From the NCBI RefSeq assembly GCF_004010195.1, contig NC_057752.1:9064766-9127192 (forward strand): a stretch of 62,427 nucleotides of DNA. Direction: 5' to 3'. The stretch is from Chiloscyllium plagiosum. Taxonomy: Eukaryota. The notes under the pieces were generated by a model. The model was not told where the DNA came from, did no database searches, and worked only from the letters and a program-made list of their open reading frames with translations. This document shows, in pieces, positions 36,349 to 50,068 of the stretch (position 1 is the first letter of the stretch; each line of letters starts with the position of its first letter). The translations under genes were made by a program, and so were the position numbers.

Positions 36349-38699
36349 CTGTTCTTCCATTTTATTAGAGTAAAGTTAATCTGCATCTCAAATCCATTTT
36401 TCTAACTTTTCTCTGGGTCCATTGATAACATTACTATCTATAAAAAATGAGAATGTCAATTTTTTAAAAAAGGGGATTCAACAGATTTTAAGGGAGATCC
36501 TCGAGGCAAGGAATGTTAGCTCTGGATAATCAAGCACCTTAAATCAGGTATCAGAGGTGCCATCATTCAAATGAAGCAGCAAACAGAGGCCTGTTGAGGT
36601 AGGTGTTAAAAGAACTGACTCAAAAAGGGGAACAGAGGGAGCTCTCATGCATGGCCTGGGCCAACATTCCTCCCTCATTCAACACCAATGAAAATAGATC
36701 AACTGGACACATTTCATTTCTGGGATCTTAAACGCAGACACAGTTGCAGAATTATTTAACTAATTACACATGCTAAGGAAACTCATTGTATTAGAGGCAT
36801 GAAGAAGCTCGATGTAAATAAAAGTCTTCCCTTCTGGAAGATTGTTGTGAGGGAACATTTTGGAAAAAATACAGAGACCTAAGGGGATGAAGGCATTAAC
36901 CTAGTCAATTGGAACCTCCAGCTCACAACCTGATCAAAAACCATTGATTTCAAGTCCTAGTTATCCTCTGCATTATCCAAATAGCTAATGCAAAAGATTA
37001 AAATCAACCGGCTAGTTCTTCTGTTTGGATTTCACAACAAGCCGCAAGTCTGCAGTTTGGTTTGTAGTGAGCTCCCTTCAACACAGGCTCTGCAAACAAA
37101 CGAACGTTACCATGGAAACACTCCGCCACAAACTATTTAAAAACATGTCACATGCTTCCCATTCCAATTTCACTCCAGGTCAGGTCACTGGATAATTTAC
37201 AAATGTTAAGTCCAACAATAATGTTAATCTATTTGCCTATTTAGATCGATCCAGTTTCGGACACTTTCTGACAAAACGGTAAACTTTGCACTGCCTTTCC
37301 AGTTTTTCATCTGAAGAAGTTCTGTTAAAAAAATTTAAACCGCAGGTGATTAAAAAATCGGAAAAAACCCAGCTCCATGCATTTTAGATGCGTTTGTAAT
37401 CCGGGTCACTATTTTCGAACTTCACACAAATGCTGACAGCTTGGGTTGGACAATGATCTCTATACATTACGAAGGGGAAAGTGTTTTTATAAAGACACCT
37501 CAAACACCAGGTTCCCATTCATGCAAAAAACATTTGGTGAGCGTCTCGAAGGAGTATGTGCGGGAAAGGCAATCCCAGTCAGCACTAAAGTGGAACAGCA
37601 TTCATGCCGAGACCTGGAGTAGACAGTACTGACCCACTCAGATGGCAGCTAATTAAAAAGATGTGTTATATAAATGATTTTTTAAAGAACAAATTGCATG
37701 ACAATGGGCACAAAAGATATCCTCAGGTTGGAGATAAATATTCATAGTTGATTTTAGGTCTCTGGGGAGTTGGGAGAGGGGACAATGTTTACTCATCCAG
37801 TCCTTTAAAGATAACCTAGGAGCCCTTATTTATTTAATACCACATTAAATACAACTATGCTATAAATAATAATTCTAATTTTCATATTTCCAATCAGTAA
37901 TGATATTTCACTATCAACATGCTTTTTATTTTGGGAATATCCCACTCAGACTGGATGTGGCGGTAATGGTAAACTGGCAGTACCAAGAGATGCAGTGATG
38001 TCGAGGGCTAGTTTTATATAAGGAGATATTTTTAGTAAAGAAACTATGCTAAGGGTACGAGATATAGAAGCTGTATTTTTCTCTTGCTGCTTTTGCATTC
38101 CATGTAAGACTGCCTTGAATTGGTTCCCAGGTTGGGAATTCTAAAATTGAGACATTGGTAAAACAGGAGCCAACATAGGTCAGCAAGGACAGGTAATGGG
38201 TGAATGCAATTTGTTGCCAATTGGGACACAGGCACAATTTTGCATGAGTTCAAGTCTCTGGAGAGTGGGAATCTGGGAGACGAGCCAGAAAAAAAAAACA
38301 AAAATCGCTGGATTAATCAAATGTGGTGGCACCAGAAGCATGGGTTAAAATAGCATAAACAAACAAATCTACAGAATAGGATTAGCCCATAGAAATTGAA
38401 GAAATATAGCATAAGAGTGGACTGCACATTTCCAATCTTGAGACAAAATTGAAGCTTTTTCTCCCCCCAAAAGCTGGGACCCCCACTCAAGTACATGAGG
38501 GGACAACCACACCTGTCCTTTTCTATCAGAAGGTAGGAGAAACAAAAGGAAATGTCAATAAAATTACAGGTCAGTTACATGTTTGGATTGTCCACAACTA
38601 CTCAGCTTTTTAAGATGGCATCGGTGTATCTCAAGACAATGGAGTACAACCAGGGTGTATCACCATTTATGTATTTGAACATTGGAGAGCGGTAGTCCC

Positions 38700-39350
38700 T
38701 TCCACAGCTAGCACAGATGAACCATGTTGATCGGAGATGAACTGCGGTGATTTTCATTCTGTTGGACTCCTTTCTTTTGTCCTCTACTTGTCTCCAGGCT
38801 CTGGTCAGTCAGGATGCCCCATGCGAAGACTCCCAATCCCAAATCAACTCAGTTTTGTTCAGACATCCTTGCATCACTGTTTCTAATGGAGAGCTCACCA
38901 CAGGGCACGTCTTTGAGGATGCAGCCATCATCCATTTGGGCCACGTGACCCAGCTGTCAGAGCTACCATTGACTTGAGGGCGAGAAACCTGCTAGAATGC
39001 TGGTGGACTTCCACATTTGGCACTTTTGTTGAGAGTAGCCAATATTCTCCAGGAGGCAGTGCAGGTGGAAGCTGTTCAGGTTCATTTCTTGGGATGCCAG
39101 CATAGTGCCATCAACAGACAGCAATGCATGGACAAGGATATGCACACATTGGTCTTGACACAATCTTGCCAAGTTGAACAGCTTGCCATCAGCTTTCATA
39201 TAGGCAGACACTGAGTCAAATGAACAATAGCAACATGGAGAAAAATAGGTCAACCAGTTGGCATTAAGTCACAACACTGCTTTACACCACTACTGATCTG
39301 AACAGCCTATTATGCTTCATTGTAACTGACAAAAATGTGCATGTTCTTGT
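38700..39350 (-). mobile_element. Old RTE-clade LINE fragment
   Basis: DGKLFNLARL and SGVKQ.C motifs, typical of RTE/BovB-like ORFs. Heavily decayed. Confidence 0.65.
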
Positions 39351-39544
39351 GGAACTAGTGCCTAGGAGTCCGAATGGGATAGGTGACACCATTTCACTGA
39401 CCTTCTATTCAAAGAATGTGTAGAATGCATTGAGCTCATCAGGTAGGAATGTATTGTTGCGAGATTCTGTTAGAGTTTGCTTTGTAGCCCATTATGTCAT
39501 GTACGCCTTGCCACAAACAATGTGTGTCCATGCGGTTGGTCTGG

Positions 39545-40560
39545 GTCTCTAGCTTATTTCAGGCTCCTACGTATTAACTACACTTCTTCCTTCAACACCA
39601 CAATTCCAAACAAAGTCATCTCCAAACTCAGACCTAGGGCTGGATCCTCTACTTCCTGACCCATAGACTGCAAGTTAGTAAAAGGCAATAACATGTCCTC
39701 CACAACAATTCCCAACATGGATTGCAGGTGGAATACCACTGTTTCCTGGGCATTCACCTCTGCGTTTGCTGATGACATTGTTGTAGGTCAGATCTCAAAA
39801 CAGCGATGAGACAGTGTACAGGAGAGACAGAGTGCTTAGCAGCATGGTGTGGAAAGACAACATTAACAAAACAAAAAAGGAGCTGGTCATTGATACTCTA
39901 CTTCCTGAAGTCAATGATGCTGAGGTGGAGATGGTCAAGAAAGTCAAGTTCCTGGGAGTGATGATCTGTCCTGGTCCACCCATGTCGATGTGACAGTCGA
40001 GAAAGCACAACATCTCTACTTCCTCAGGAGGCTAAGGAAATTTGGCACGTACATAAGGACTCTTATAGATTCACCATAGAAAGCATGGATGCAGTGTGGT
40101 ATGGCAACTGCACTTCAAGACCACCAGAAACTACACAGTTGTGAACACAGCCCAGTCCATCACGTAAACCAGCCTTCCTTCCGTTGACTTCATCTATACT
40201 TCCTGCTGCATCAGGAAGCCAACCAAGATAATCAAAGACCCCTCCCACCCCAATTATACTCTTTTCCACCCGTCAGGCAAAAAAAAAAGTACAACATTTT
40301 GAACACGTACAAATAGATTCAAGAACAGCTTCTTCCCTACTGTTAGACTCTTGAACAGACCTCTCAAAATGTTAATGTTGATCTTTCTCTGCACTTTCTC
40401 TGCTGCTGTATCAGTAATCTGCACTCTGTTCGGCTACCCTGATGCACTTTGTATGGTACGATCTATCTGTATAGCATGCAAAACATCACTTTTGGTATGT
40501 ATGGTTGGACTGAAGAGTCATACAGCATGGCTACAGACCCTGTGAGACAACAAGAAAATC
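39545..40560 (+). mobile_element. Decayed Rex1-type fragment
   Basis: Homologous to 30732-31885 in the opposite orientation (YTSSFNT, FADD, KTKKELVID). Confidence 0.82.
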
Positions 40561-41789
40561 AAATGGTCAGCCATTTTTCTACAGCAGTTTGAAGAGTTTC
40601 TCTATGAATGAAATCAAAGAGAATGACCTCACAAAGTGAGGTCCACAAAGGCAATGTGGAGTGGTCTGTGCAGTCTCGGGGACTTCTCCTGTAACTGCCA
40701 AAGTTACAAACCTAACCTGTCAAAATGCTAGCTCAGAAGCTGCACCGAGACTCAAGCTTGATGGAGGATGCTAGAATCTAGCAATCTAGTCACAGCAATG
40801 AATGGAGAGACCTTCCCTGGAATGCTTAAAGTAATGCCTTGTTACAGGGACTAAAATCCTTGTTTTTAATACAAGGTGACTGCATTTGCACTAAAAACAT
40901 GTCATGAGACAAATCTTTCCTTCCAGACACAAAGTTCATAGAAATGCTGGTTTCCCCAGTTTGACAATTGGGGGTAGAATGCCATAATTTCCTGGGCAGT
41001 CACCTCCAGCAAGATGGTCAATGGCTTTGTTGAGCTCTACTACGGTGTGCTGTGGTCCAGCTGCTCCAGGTAGCAAAATCTGGAATAGTGCTGACAGCTT
41101 ATTTCATGACAACATTCTCCATCGGATAGAGTTTGTGCTCCAACCACCTTTCCATGTGCTTGTTCAGTTCATCAGGTTTATTAAATATTAGCAACACCTT
41201 GAAGCTGATATCTGCCCACCTTCGGCTGCAGGTGACTAACATTTTGAACATGTGCCTGCTGTAGGTAATCTGTCATTACTAGGGATACAGTAAAAATATG
41301 GAGCAGGGACTTGCAAATATCATAGCGACAACAAACATCCAGTAGCAATGCTCAAAGGATTATTTTGGATTCCTGGAAATTGTGTGTCAATCAGTTGCTG
41401 GCATTCAGCCACTAATTCCAATTAACCTCTACCAGAGCCAGAGGTCTCCTTTCTTGCAGGTTTAGGACTCTGCTAGTTAAATCAGTTAAACATAGCAGCA
41501 ATGTACCAGTCACCTGGAATGTGAACTCATCGTAGACCATGACAAAGGAATGTTATCACTGGGTCAGAACAATCCTACCTCTAGATCAGAAGGGCAGGTT
41601 CAAGTCTCACCTGCTCCAGAGATATGCCAGAAGAGCTCTGAAGGTATTTTAAAAAGTATCTAGACCAAAACAAGTGTGGCTATTGTCTCAGGTCTATCAC
41701 TGCTGGTGGAGGTCTTCAAAATATTCTCTTGGCAAGCACCAACTGCCTCCTGGTCATTGATGAGCTCTCCTTGAGGTAGGGTATCAAGT

Positions 41790-41953
41790 ATCAATCTCTC
41801 CACCCTTCAGGCTCTCTGCCTGTATTCCTGATGAAGGGCTTTTGCCCAAAACGTCGATTTTACTGCTCCTCATATGCTGCCTGAATTGCTGTGCTTTTCC
41901 AGCCCCACTAATCCAGAATCTGGTTTCCAGCATCTGCAGTCATTGTTTTTACC
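41790..41953 (+). mobile_element. Solo Penelope pLTR with hammerhead motif
   Basis: Near-identical to 28030-28163, with GAAA mutated to AAAA. TSD TATCAAGT (41782-41789, 41954-41961). Confidence 0.88.
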
Positions 41954-42994
41954 TATCAAGTGTCTAGGCCATAGATTCTCTTGACAACACTGAAGCAGCC
42001 ACACATCATGGGTGTCCACTAGTGTTTAGACTTGCACACTTTCCATCCACTGTTTGTTCTTTATGTTGAGAGTTTAATACCACACACTGCCTTCAGACAT
42101 CTGTAGAACTACCGCTTTGAGCGGTGGAGGAGCTTCCAGTCAATTAAAACTGTTAGGTCCTATTTTCAAACCTGTTACCATGTTGCTTTGATAGAGAGAT
42201 AGAGGTGCTCTTTTGCAGGGACCTTCTATGGTGGTCTTGAGGGTTTACCAGACATTATAGAAACAATATTAGTTCCTAGTGGCTGGAGGATGAGGGGTTA
42301 GCATGAAGACTAAGCTGTATGAGCAGAAATAGGCCGTTCAATCCATCAAGTCTGCTCTGCCATTCAAAGAGATCATGCCCAACTCCACTTTCTTGCTTTT
42401 TCCCCCATAACCCTCAATTCCTTAACAAATTTTATTAATCTGTGTCAGTCTTGAATACACACTAATATACACTATGCTAAAAAAAATTCCACAATTCACT
42501 ACCTGCAGAAGAAATTCCACCTCATCTGTCTTAAATATGCAACTCCTTCCTGTGAAATTACACCCTCTGATCATAGAGCATTCCACTGCAGTACAGGCAG
42601 TTTGGTCCTCGATGTTGATCCTAGACTTTCCAACAAGAAATAACCTTTCCACGTCAAACTGAATTGAGGCATTGTATGAGAAGGACTGTCAATTTGGGGC
42701 CTTTAAGCTTTCAATTTCATTTTCTTACGCATTGTTTCTATTGCTTTGGCTATTTAGGAGCTGGGCAGATGGAGGTGGGTGGTGGTTAGATAAGCCAGCA
42801 ATGGATCCAGCAGTTAACAGTACTTATCACATCGTTGGTGACATGGATGTCTGTGGTCCCTTGTGTGTTAGATATTGTCAAGCAAGTGCCATTATTCACA
42901 CAATTGGTGCTGCCACAAGATCTTGTGCTTGTTTCTCTGGCAACATAGGGTTTTGGTTATGAAAAGACATTCAAGATATTCTATTAAGAGGAAG

Positions 42995-44468
42995 ACTGCT
43001 AGAAATTGGTTCCCCATGGGAGACTGGTGAGCATGGTTAGATCTCATGGAATACAGGGAGAACTCGCCATTTGGATACAGAACTGGCTCGAATGTAGAAG
43101 ACATGGAGGGTTGGTTTTTCAGACTGGAGGCCTATGACCAGTGGAGTGCCACAAGGATCGATGCTGGGTCCAGTACTTTTCATCATTTACATAAACGATT
43201 TGGATGTGAGCATAAGAGGGATTGTTGGCAAGTTTGCAGATGACACCAAAATTGGAGGCGTAGTGGACAGTGAAGAAGTTCAATGTTTGTGAGAAGATTT
43301 GTAGCTCGGGTGCTCGTTGTTGTGATTCTGTTCGCTGAGCTGGGAATTTGTGTTGCAGACATTTCGTCCCCTGTCTAGGTGACATCGACCTGGACCCAAT
43401 ATACCGATCACTGCAACGGACAGCTGGAACTGACAACCGGAAGCGGCAGATTCAAACCACTACAAATGCTGGAGGAAAGATCACAGAAGCGCTTCACAGG
43501 AGGCTCCCAAGCACTGAGGATATCACCTAGACAGGGGACGAAACATCTGCAACACAAATTCCCAGCTCGGCGAACAGAACCACAACAACAGTGAAGAAGG
43601 TTACCTCAGATTACAATGGGATCTTGATCAGATGGGCCAATGGGCTGAGGAGTGGCAGATGGAGTTTAATTTACATAAATGCAAGGTGCCACATTTTGGG
43701 AAAGCGAATCTTAGCAGGACTTATACACTTAATGGTAAGGTCCTAGGGAGTGTTGCTGAACAAAAAGACCTTGTAGTGCAGGTTCATAGCTCCTTGAAAG
43801 TGGAGTCTCATGTAGATAGGATAGTGAAGGCGGCATTTAGTATGCTTTCCTTTATTGGTCAGAGTATTGAGTACAGGAGTTGCGAGGTCATGTTGCGGCT
43901 GTTCAGGACATTGGTTAGGCCAATGTTGGAATATTGCGTGCAATTCTGGTCACCTTCCTATCGGAAAGATGTTGCGAAACTTGAAAGGGTTCAGAAAAGA
44001 TTTGCAAGGATGTTGCCAGAGTTGGAGGATTTGAGCTATAGGGAGAGGCTAAACAGGCTGGGGCTGTTTTCCCTGGAGCGTCAGAAGCTGAGGGGTGACT
44101 TTCTGGAGGTTTATAAAATCATGAGGGGCAATGGATAGGGTGAATAGGCAAAGTCCTTTCCCTGGGTTTGGGGAGTCCAGAACTAGAGGGCATAGGTTTA
44201 GGGTGAGAGGGGAAAGATATAAAAGAGACCTAAGGGGCAACTTTTTCACACAGAGGGTTGTATGTGTATGGAATGAGCTGCCAGAGGAAGTGGTGGAGGC
44301 TGGTACAATTGCAACATTTAAGAGGCATCTGGATGGGTATAGTGGGATAAGGGTTTAGTGGGATATGGGCCAGATACTGGTAGGTGGGGCTAGATTGGGT
44401 TGGGATATCTGGTCAGCCTGAACGAGTTGGACCAAAAGGGTGTTTTTGTGCTGTACATCTCTATGATT
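42995..44468 (+). mobile_element. HER1/CR1 LINE (RT C-terminal part and 3' UTR)
   Basis: GVPQGS, KFADDTK, LVRPMLEYCVQFWSP motifs; CTCTATGA tail. Confidence 0.95.
43279..43587. mobile_element. Short fold-back Penelope-derived element inserted in a CR1
   Basis: Inverted arms ~43314-43387 and ~43518-43589. TSD ACAGTGAAGAAG (43267-43278, 43588-43599). CTGAGGA...GAAAC core. Confidence 0.88.
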
Positions 44469-46586
44469 GCCTAATTGCTTTCCCTACTCATTCCTTGCCT
44501 ATCACTTGCAAAGTTTTGTCCTCCCAGACTCTGTTGATGAAACCGCCACACAGAATCAGTTTGTCACCCATTGGGGCTCAGGCTAGGGATTAAGTTCAGT
44601 AGAATTCTTCCTTGGTCCTGTCCAAGGACTCAACTGTCAGAGCATATGCACTGATGCCAGCAACATGCCAATTCGGATTGGGAGTTGTGTAGTCATGAGG
44701 CACAAGCTAATTTATGTCAAAGCTCATCCTGAGGTGGTACTGATCCTCTTCTGGAGGCCCTTCCTGCCACCTTTGCTTCAGTTAGCTTTCTTCTGCCTAT
44801 CTTTCTTTGGGCAGCAATATAGATGCCAAGATGCCAGAGTTCCCAAGCTCAGACAGCAGTTGTCATTCAGTACTGTCACTGTTGGAGTTGTCCATGAAAA
44901 TCTCGATATTCCAGGCTCCAAACTTCATTTTGAAGAGTGGACAATAAGAGTTTTTTTTGGGTAAACCATTACTTCCAACTATCACATGTCTCAGGAGAAC
45001 AGAACTTTGGTACAATGGGAAAGGGTTCCCCCGACAACTGGGGATGAGGCTGTGCTTTGAGACAGCATCTCTGCAGAGGCCAAGCCTACCACCAATTCAC
45101 AGGAGACCCCCTGCCCTGGCTTATAGCGTCATAAAGATGTACAGCCTGGAAACAGACCCTTCGGTCCAACCCGTCCATGCCAACCAGATATCCCAACCCA
45201 ATCTAGTCCCACCTGCCAGCACCTGAGTGACCAAAATGGAAAACGCTCATTCAGGAGAGAACTAAATACATGGAGACATTCATTTTGGGAATGTGCAGAG
45301 GTGAAGTTGAGGCAAAGAGAGTACAGAAACCTTGAAACAACTCCAATCCTTCACCTATCACCTGCCCTCATGTGGCAGAGTCTGCTGATCATACTGCATT
45401 AGTCAGCCACTTCAGAAACCACTGAACTGATGTGAAAGCAAGTTATCCTCAACCCTAAGCGCATGCCCAAGTGGACTGACAGTGGAAACCATTTGCAGTG
45501 ATCATATTTTAAAAATCTTGCATTTATGCAGGGTCTTTCATGACCTCAAGATGTTGCAAAGCAGTTTACAGTCAATTAAATACCTTTGAAGTGCAACTAC
45601 TGTTGTAATGTAGAGATGCATTAGTCCATAGTTAGTGCATAGTAAGCTCCCACTAACTATGAGAATGCCTAGATTACCTACTTGTGTGATACAGGTTGAG
45701 AGCTAAATGTTATCCAGAATACCATAGAATTTCCTCTTTTTAAATTGTGTAATGAGATCTTCCTGGTCTGCCAGAGAGGGAAGGCAGGGCCTGCATTGAG
45801 GGTCTCATTTGAAAGATGACACCCAGTGCAGTACTGTCTGGGGTATCAGCCTGGATGATGTGTTTCAAAAGAATGTGAAACTAACATTCTGACCTGGGGT
45901 AAGAATGCTACAACTAAAGACTAATATGAAAAAGGAGCTGACAACAAAGCTACTGTAATGAAGATTTAGCAATCGAACCAGATGCCTCTAGGGCTGTTCA
46001 TTATCATTCTAAGAGCCTAAACATACACAGCCCTGGTGCTTTAACTGCACTGCTGCTGTTATCCAGACACGATCAATTTCCTTGGAAAGTTGTAAAATTT
46101 TTGGGCTGTTGATCAAAAGCCCAAGCAGTTCATCAAGTCTTCAGTCAAGATAATACTTAATCCTTTAAAGGCCCAAGCAAGGCGAAGAGCCTCTTTTTGG
46201 ACTACTTTTCTGAAGCACCATGCTTTATTTCGGGTCACGCTGCTTCCAGTGCCAGTGACCTGAACCAGAGATGAAAAGGTCAAGGATACCAAGAGCTTAT
46301 GGTACCTTAATAGACCGAAATGCCTTTATAGGGGTTGGGTTTGAAGGAAGACCTTATCCTTTATTAAATACAGAAGCAAACCTCGAGGCTTGGATGAATG
46401 AATCTGACATTGTAGAATCTTACAGCACTAAAAGTAGTCATTTGGTTCATCGAGACACAGTCAGCAGAATGAATGCCAATTGAACTGCTTTTTCTCTACA
46501 GTCCTGCAAAATACTCCCGAGTCTAATAAATGAAATATTTATGACAATTCAATTTGTTCTGAGCCAGGACTACAGTATCACAGTGG

Positions 46587-46910
46587 GGCAGCATGGTGGC
46601 TCAGTGGTTAGCACTGCTGCCTCAGCAGCAGGGACCTGGGTTCAATTCCAGCCTCAGGTGACTGGAGTTTGCACATTCTCCATGTCTGTGTGGGTTTCCT
46701 CTGAGTGCTCTGGTTTCCCCTCCGTCCAAAGATGTGCAGATTAGGTGAATTGGCTGTGCTAAATTGGCAAAAGTGTTCAGGGATGTGTAGGTTAGGTGCC
46801 AGAGCCAAGGATAAAATATAGGGTAAGTGGAATGGCTCTGGGTAGGTTACTCGGAGGGTCGTTGTGGACTTGGGCTGAAGGGCCTGTTTCCACACTGAGG
46901 ATTCTATTCT
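46587..46910 (+). mobile_element. HE1-type SINE
   Basis: A box TGGCTCAGTGG and B box GGTTCAATTCC. Confidence 0.9.
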
Positions 46911-47419
46911 AGTCCCAGTTATTCCCCCCGCCAATACTAGCAAAAAAAGATTCACAATGTATGTTAAATTCTGATCTTATAGTCTGCTCCCACCTATAGC
47001 CCAATTCTATTGCAGCTTGATAAAGGTATCCCAAGAGGAATAACCTTCAGAATATGGATTTGAAAACTGCTCACATGCTTAGTTTCCAGGTGAAAAGCTG
47101 GATGTAGGTAGATAATTTAAGTCATTTAATACTTGGCAAAATAAATCATTGGAGGCCAGATCATTTCCCTCAACTTACTACTTTTAAAAAAATCATTTAC
47201 AGGATGAGGATGTCATTGGCTAGGCCAGCATTTATTGCCCATCCCTAATTGACCAGAAGGCAGTTAAGAGTCAACCACATCACTGTAGGCCTGGAGTCAC
47301 ATGTAGGCCAGACCAGATAAGAATGGCATTACTGTCACGACCTCCCCAGGCTGACTAAAGTAACAAAGACTGTCCTTTACAGTTCACAAGACTGACTTGC
47401 ATAAAATCAAAGCATCCCG

Positions 47420-47696
47420 ACAGTACAGAAATAGGCTATTTGGCCCATCAACTCTACACTGACCCTCCAAAGCGTATCCCACTCATATCCACATTCCATC
47501 CTATCCTGTAACCCTGCATTTACCATGGCCAATCCATCTAGTCTGCACATCATTGGACGGAGGGGAAACCAAAGCACCCAGCTGACACTGGGAGAATGTC
47601 TGTGTGGAGTTTACACAGTCACCCAAGGTTGGAATCAAACCCAGGTCATTGGCACTATGAGGCAGCAGTGGTAACTACTGAGTCACTGTGCTGCCT
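47420..47696 (-). mobile_element. HE1-type SINE, decayed
   Basis: Reverse-complement homology to the other copies. Confidence 0.82.
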
Positions 47697-49084
47697 AAGT
47701 TTTAAAATGGAGATAAGATACCTCCCATTTAGTTGCCAAGTCAGAAGTTCCTTCTTTCCCTATGAGTTATTTGAATTTAGCCATCAAATCACTGGAGGTT
47801 TTCCTTCAGCCCTGCCAATCATTAACAGATCCAGTAATTAAGACTGCACACAGCTACATCACTATTGCTAGGCTCAAAAACTATTTCCTATAATAATCAC
47901 ATGGAGTAAATAACTGGGATTGGTTTTACACTATTCTGTAACTAGCCTCCACTCACGATCATGCTGCAGAAGGTATCCTACTTGTATTGGGGGGCATTGC
48001 TGAACTTTTAGTTGAGGGTTCTAACTTCTGTTTGCTACAATTCATCGAGACCCTGTTTACTGAATAAATACACTATTCACCATTCGTCCCATCAGCTGAC
48101 AGGTAGTATGATTTCTCCACTTTTGAAATAAAAAAAACTTGTGCCATGAAAAATATCCCCATTCTCAGTAACAGACTGTGTCATGGCTGATTTAATCATA
48201 TTAGCTAAAACACCCTGGAAAGGAGCTTCCTATGGTTACCCTCGGGTAAATCACAGCAAAGCAAATAGAACTGTAGAAGTGTGTTCATTTAATTCTGTGA
48301 CAAATGTCAAAAATTAGAAACAAAATGAGAATTCCTTAGTTATTGACTAATTCCTTATACCCTTAGCACATGGTCAGATATAGTGTACAGACAGACAGGA
48401 AGGCACTTCAATGGTGACAGCTCAGTTTTACAGTGCATTAGCTAGGGTACTGTCTCCCCTTCTTCTGCTTCATTGGAGTATTAACAATTGAGCCATTAAT
48501 GGGGGGGGGGGGGGAGAGCGCAAGCTGGAAATTCCTCCTCATCCTCAACACAGGCAGATCTTAGATGTTAATTGAAAGGAATTTTGTACCATTGAACAAG
48601 AAATTTCAACACTCCTTTGGACAACACATTCCAAAACCCATGATCACTTCCTTGTAGATGGACAAGAGCATTAGACATATGGGAACACCAACATCTGCAA
48701 GTTCCCCTCCAAGACATTCACCATCCTGAGTTGGAATTAGATGACCGTTTCTTCAGCTTTGCTGGCTCAAAATGCTGGAACTTCCTCCCTCATGAAATGG
48801 TGGGTCTACGTACACCACATTGCAGTGGTTCAAGAAGGCAACTCACCACCACTTTCTCAAGGGCAACTCCAGATGGACAATAAATGCTGGTCCAGCTAGT
48901 GATGCCCATATCCCAGGAGTGAATAAAGGCATTGAGACGACAGGAGATGGGTTACACCACAGGATCCTTCACCTCTAACCTGCTTTTGTAGCTACAGTTC
49001 AGTTTTTGGTCAATGATAATTCGAAGGATGTTGGAAGTGGCAGATTCAGCAAAAGTAACGTCAAGGAGCGATGGTTAAATTCTT

Positions 49085-50068
49085 AGAGTCTAGAGTCAAT
49101 GTACAGCACTGAAACAGACTAGTCAGTCCAATTCATCCATGCTGACCAGATATCCTAACCCAATCGAGTCCCATTTGCCAGCACCTGACCCATATCCCTC
49201 CAAACCCTTCCTATTCATATACTCATCCAGATGCCTTTTAAATGTTGCAATTGTACCAGTCTCCACCACCTCCACTGGCAGCTCATTCCATACACTTACC
49301 ACCCTCTGCGTGAAAAAGTTGCCCCTTAGGTCTCATATCTTTCCCCTCACCCCAAACCGATGTCCTCTAGTTCTGGCCTCTCCCACCCCAGGGAAAAGAC
49401 TTTGCCTATTTATCCTATCCATGCCCTTCACGATTTTATAAACCTCTACAAGGTCACCCCTCAGTCTCCAATTCTCCAGGGAAAACAGCCTCAGCCTATT
49501 CAGCCTCTCCCTATCGCTCAAATCCTCTAACCCTGGCAACATCCTTGTAAATCTTTGAACCCTTTCAAGTTTCACAACATCCTTTCGATAGGAAGGAGAC
49601 CAGAATTGCATGCAATATTCCAAAAGTGGCCTAACCAGTGTCCTGTGCAGCTGCAATATGACCTCCCCACTACTATGCTCTGACAAAAAAGGAAAGCATA
49701 CTAACACCTTCATTATCCTGTCTACTGGTGATTCCACTTTCAAGGAGCTATGAACCTGCACTGCAAGGTCTCTTTGTTCAGCAACACTCCCTAGGACCTT
49801 ATCATTAAGTGCATAAGTCCTGCTGATTTGCTTTTCAGAAATGCAGCACCTCACATTTATCTAAATTAAACTCCATCTCCACTCCTCAGCCCGTTGACCC
49901 ATCTGATCAGCATCCTGTTGTAATCGAGGTAACCTCCTTCGCTGTCCACTACACCTCCAATTTTGTTGTCATCTGCAAACTTACTAACTATACTGCCTAT
50001 GTTCACATCCAAATCATTTATATAAAATGACGAAAAGTAGTGGACCCAGCACCAATCCTTGTGGCACT
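49085..50068 (-). mobile_element. HER1/CR1 LINE 3' part
   Basis: Same family as 42995-44468, in the opposite orientation. Confidence 0.93.
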
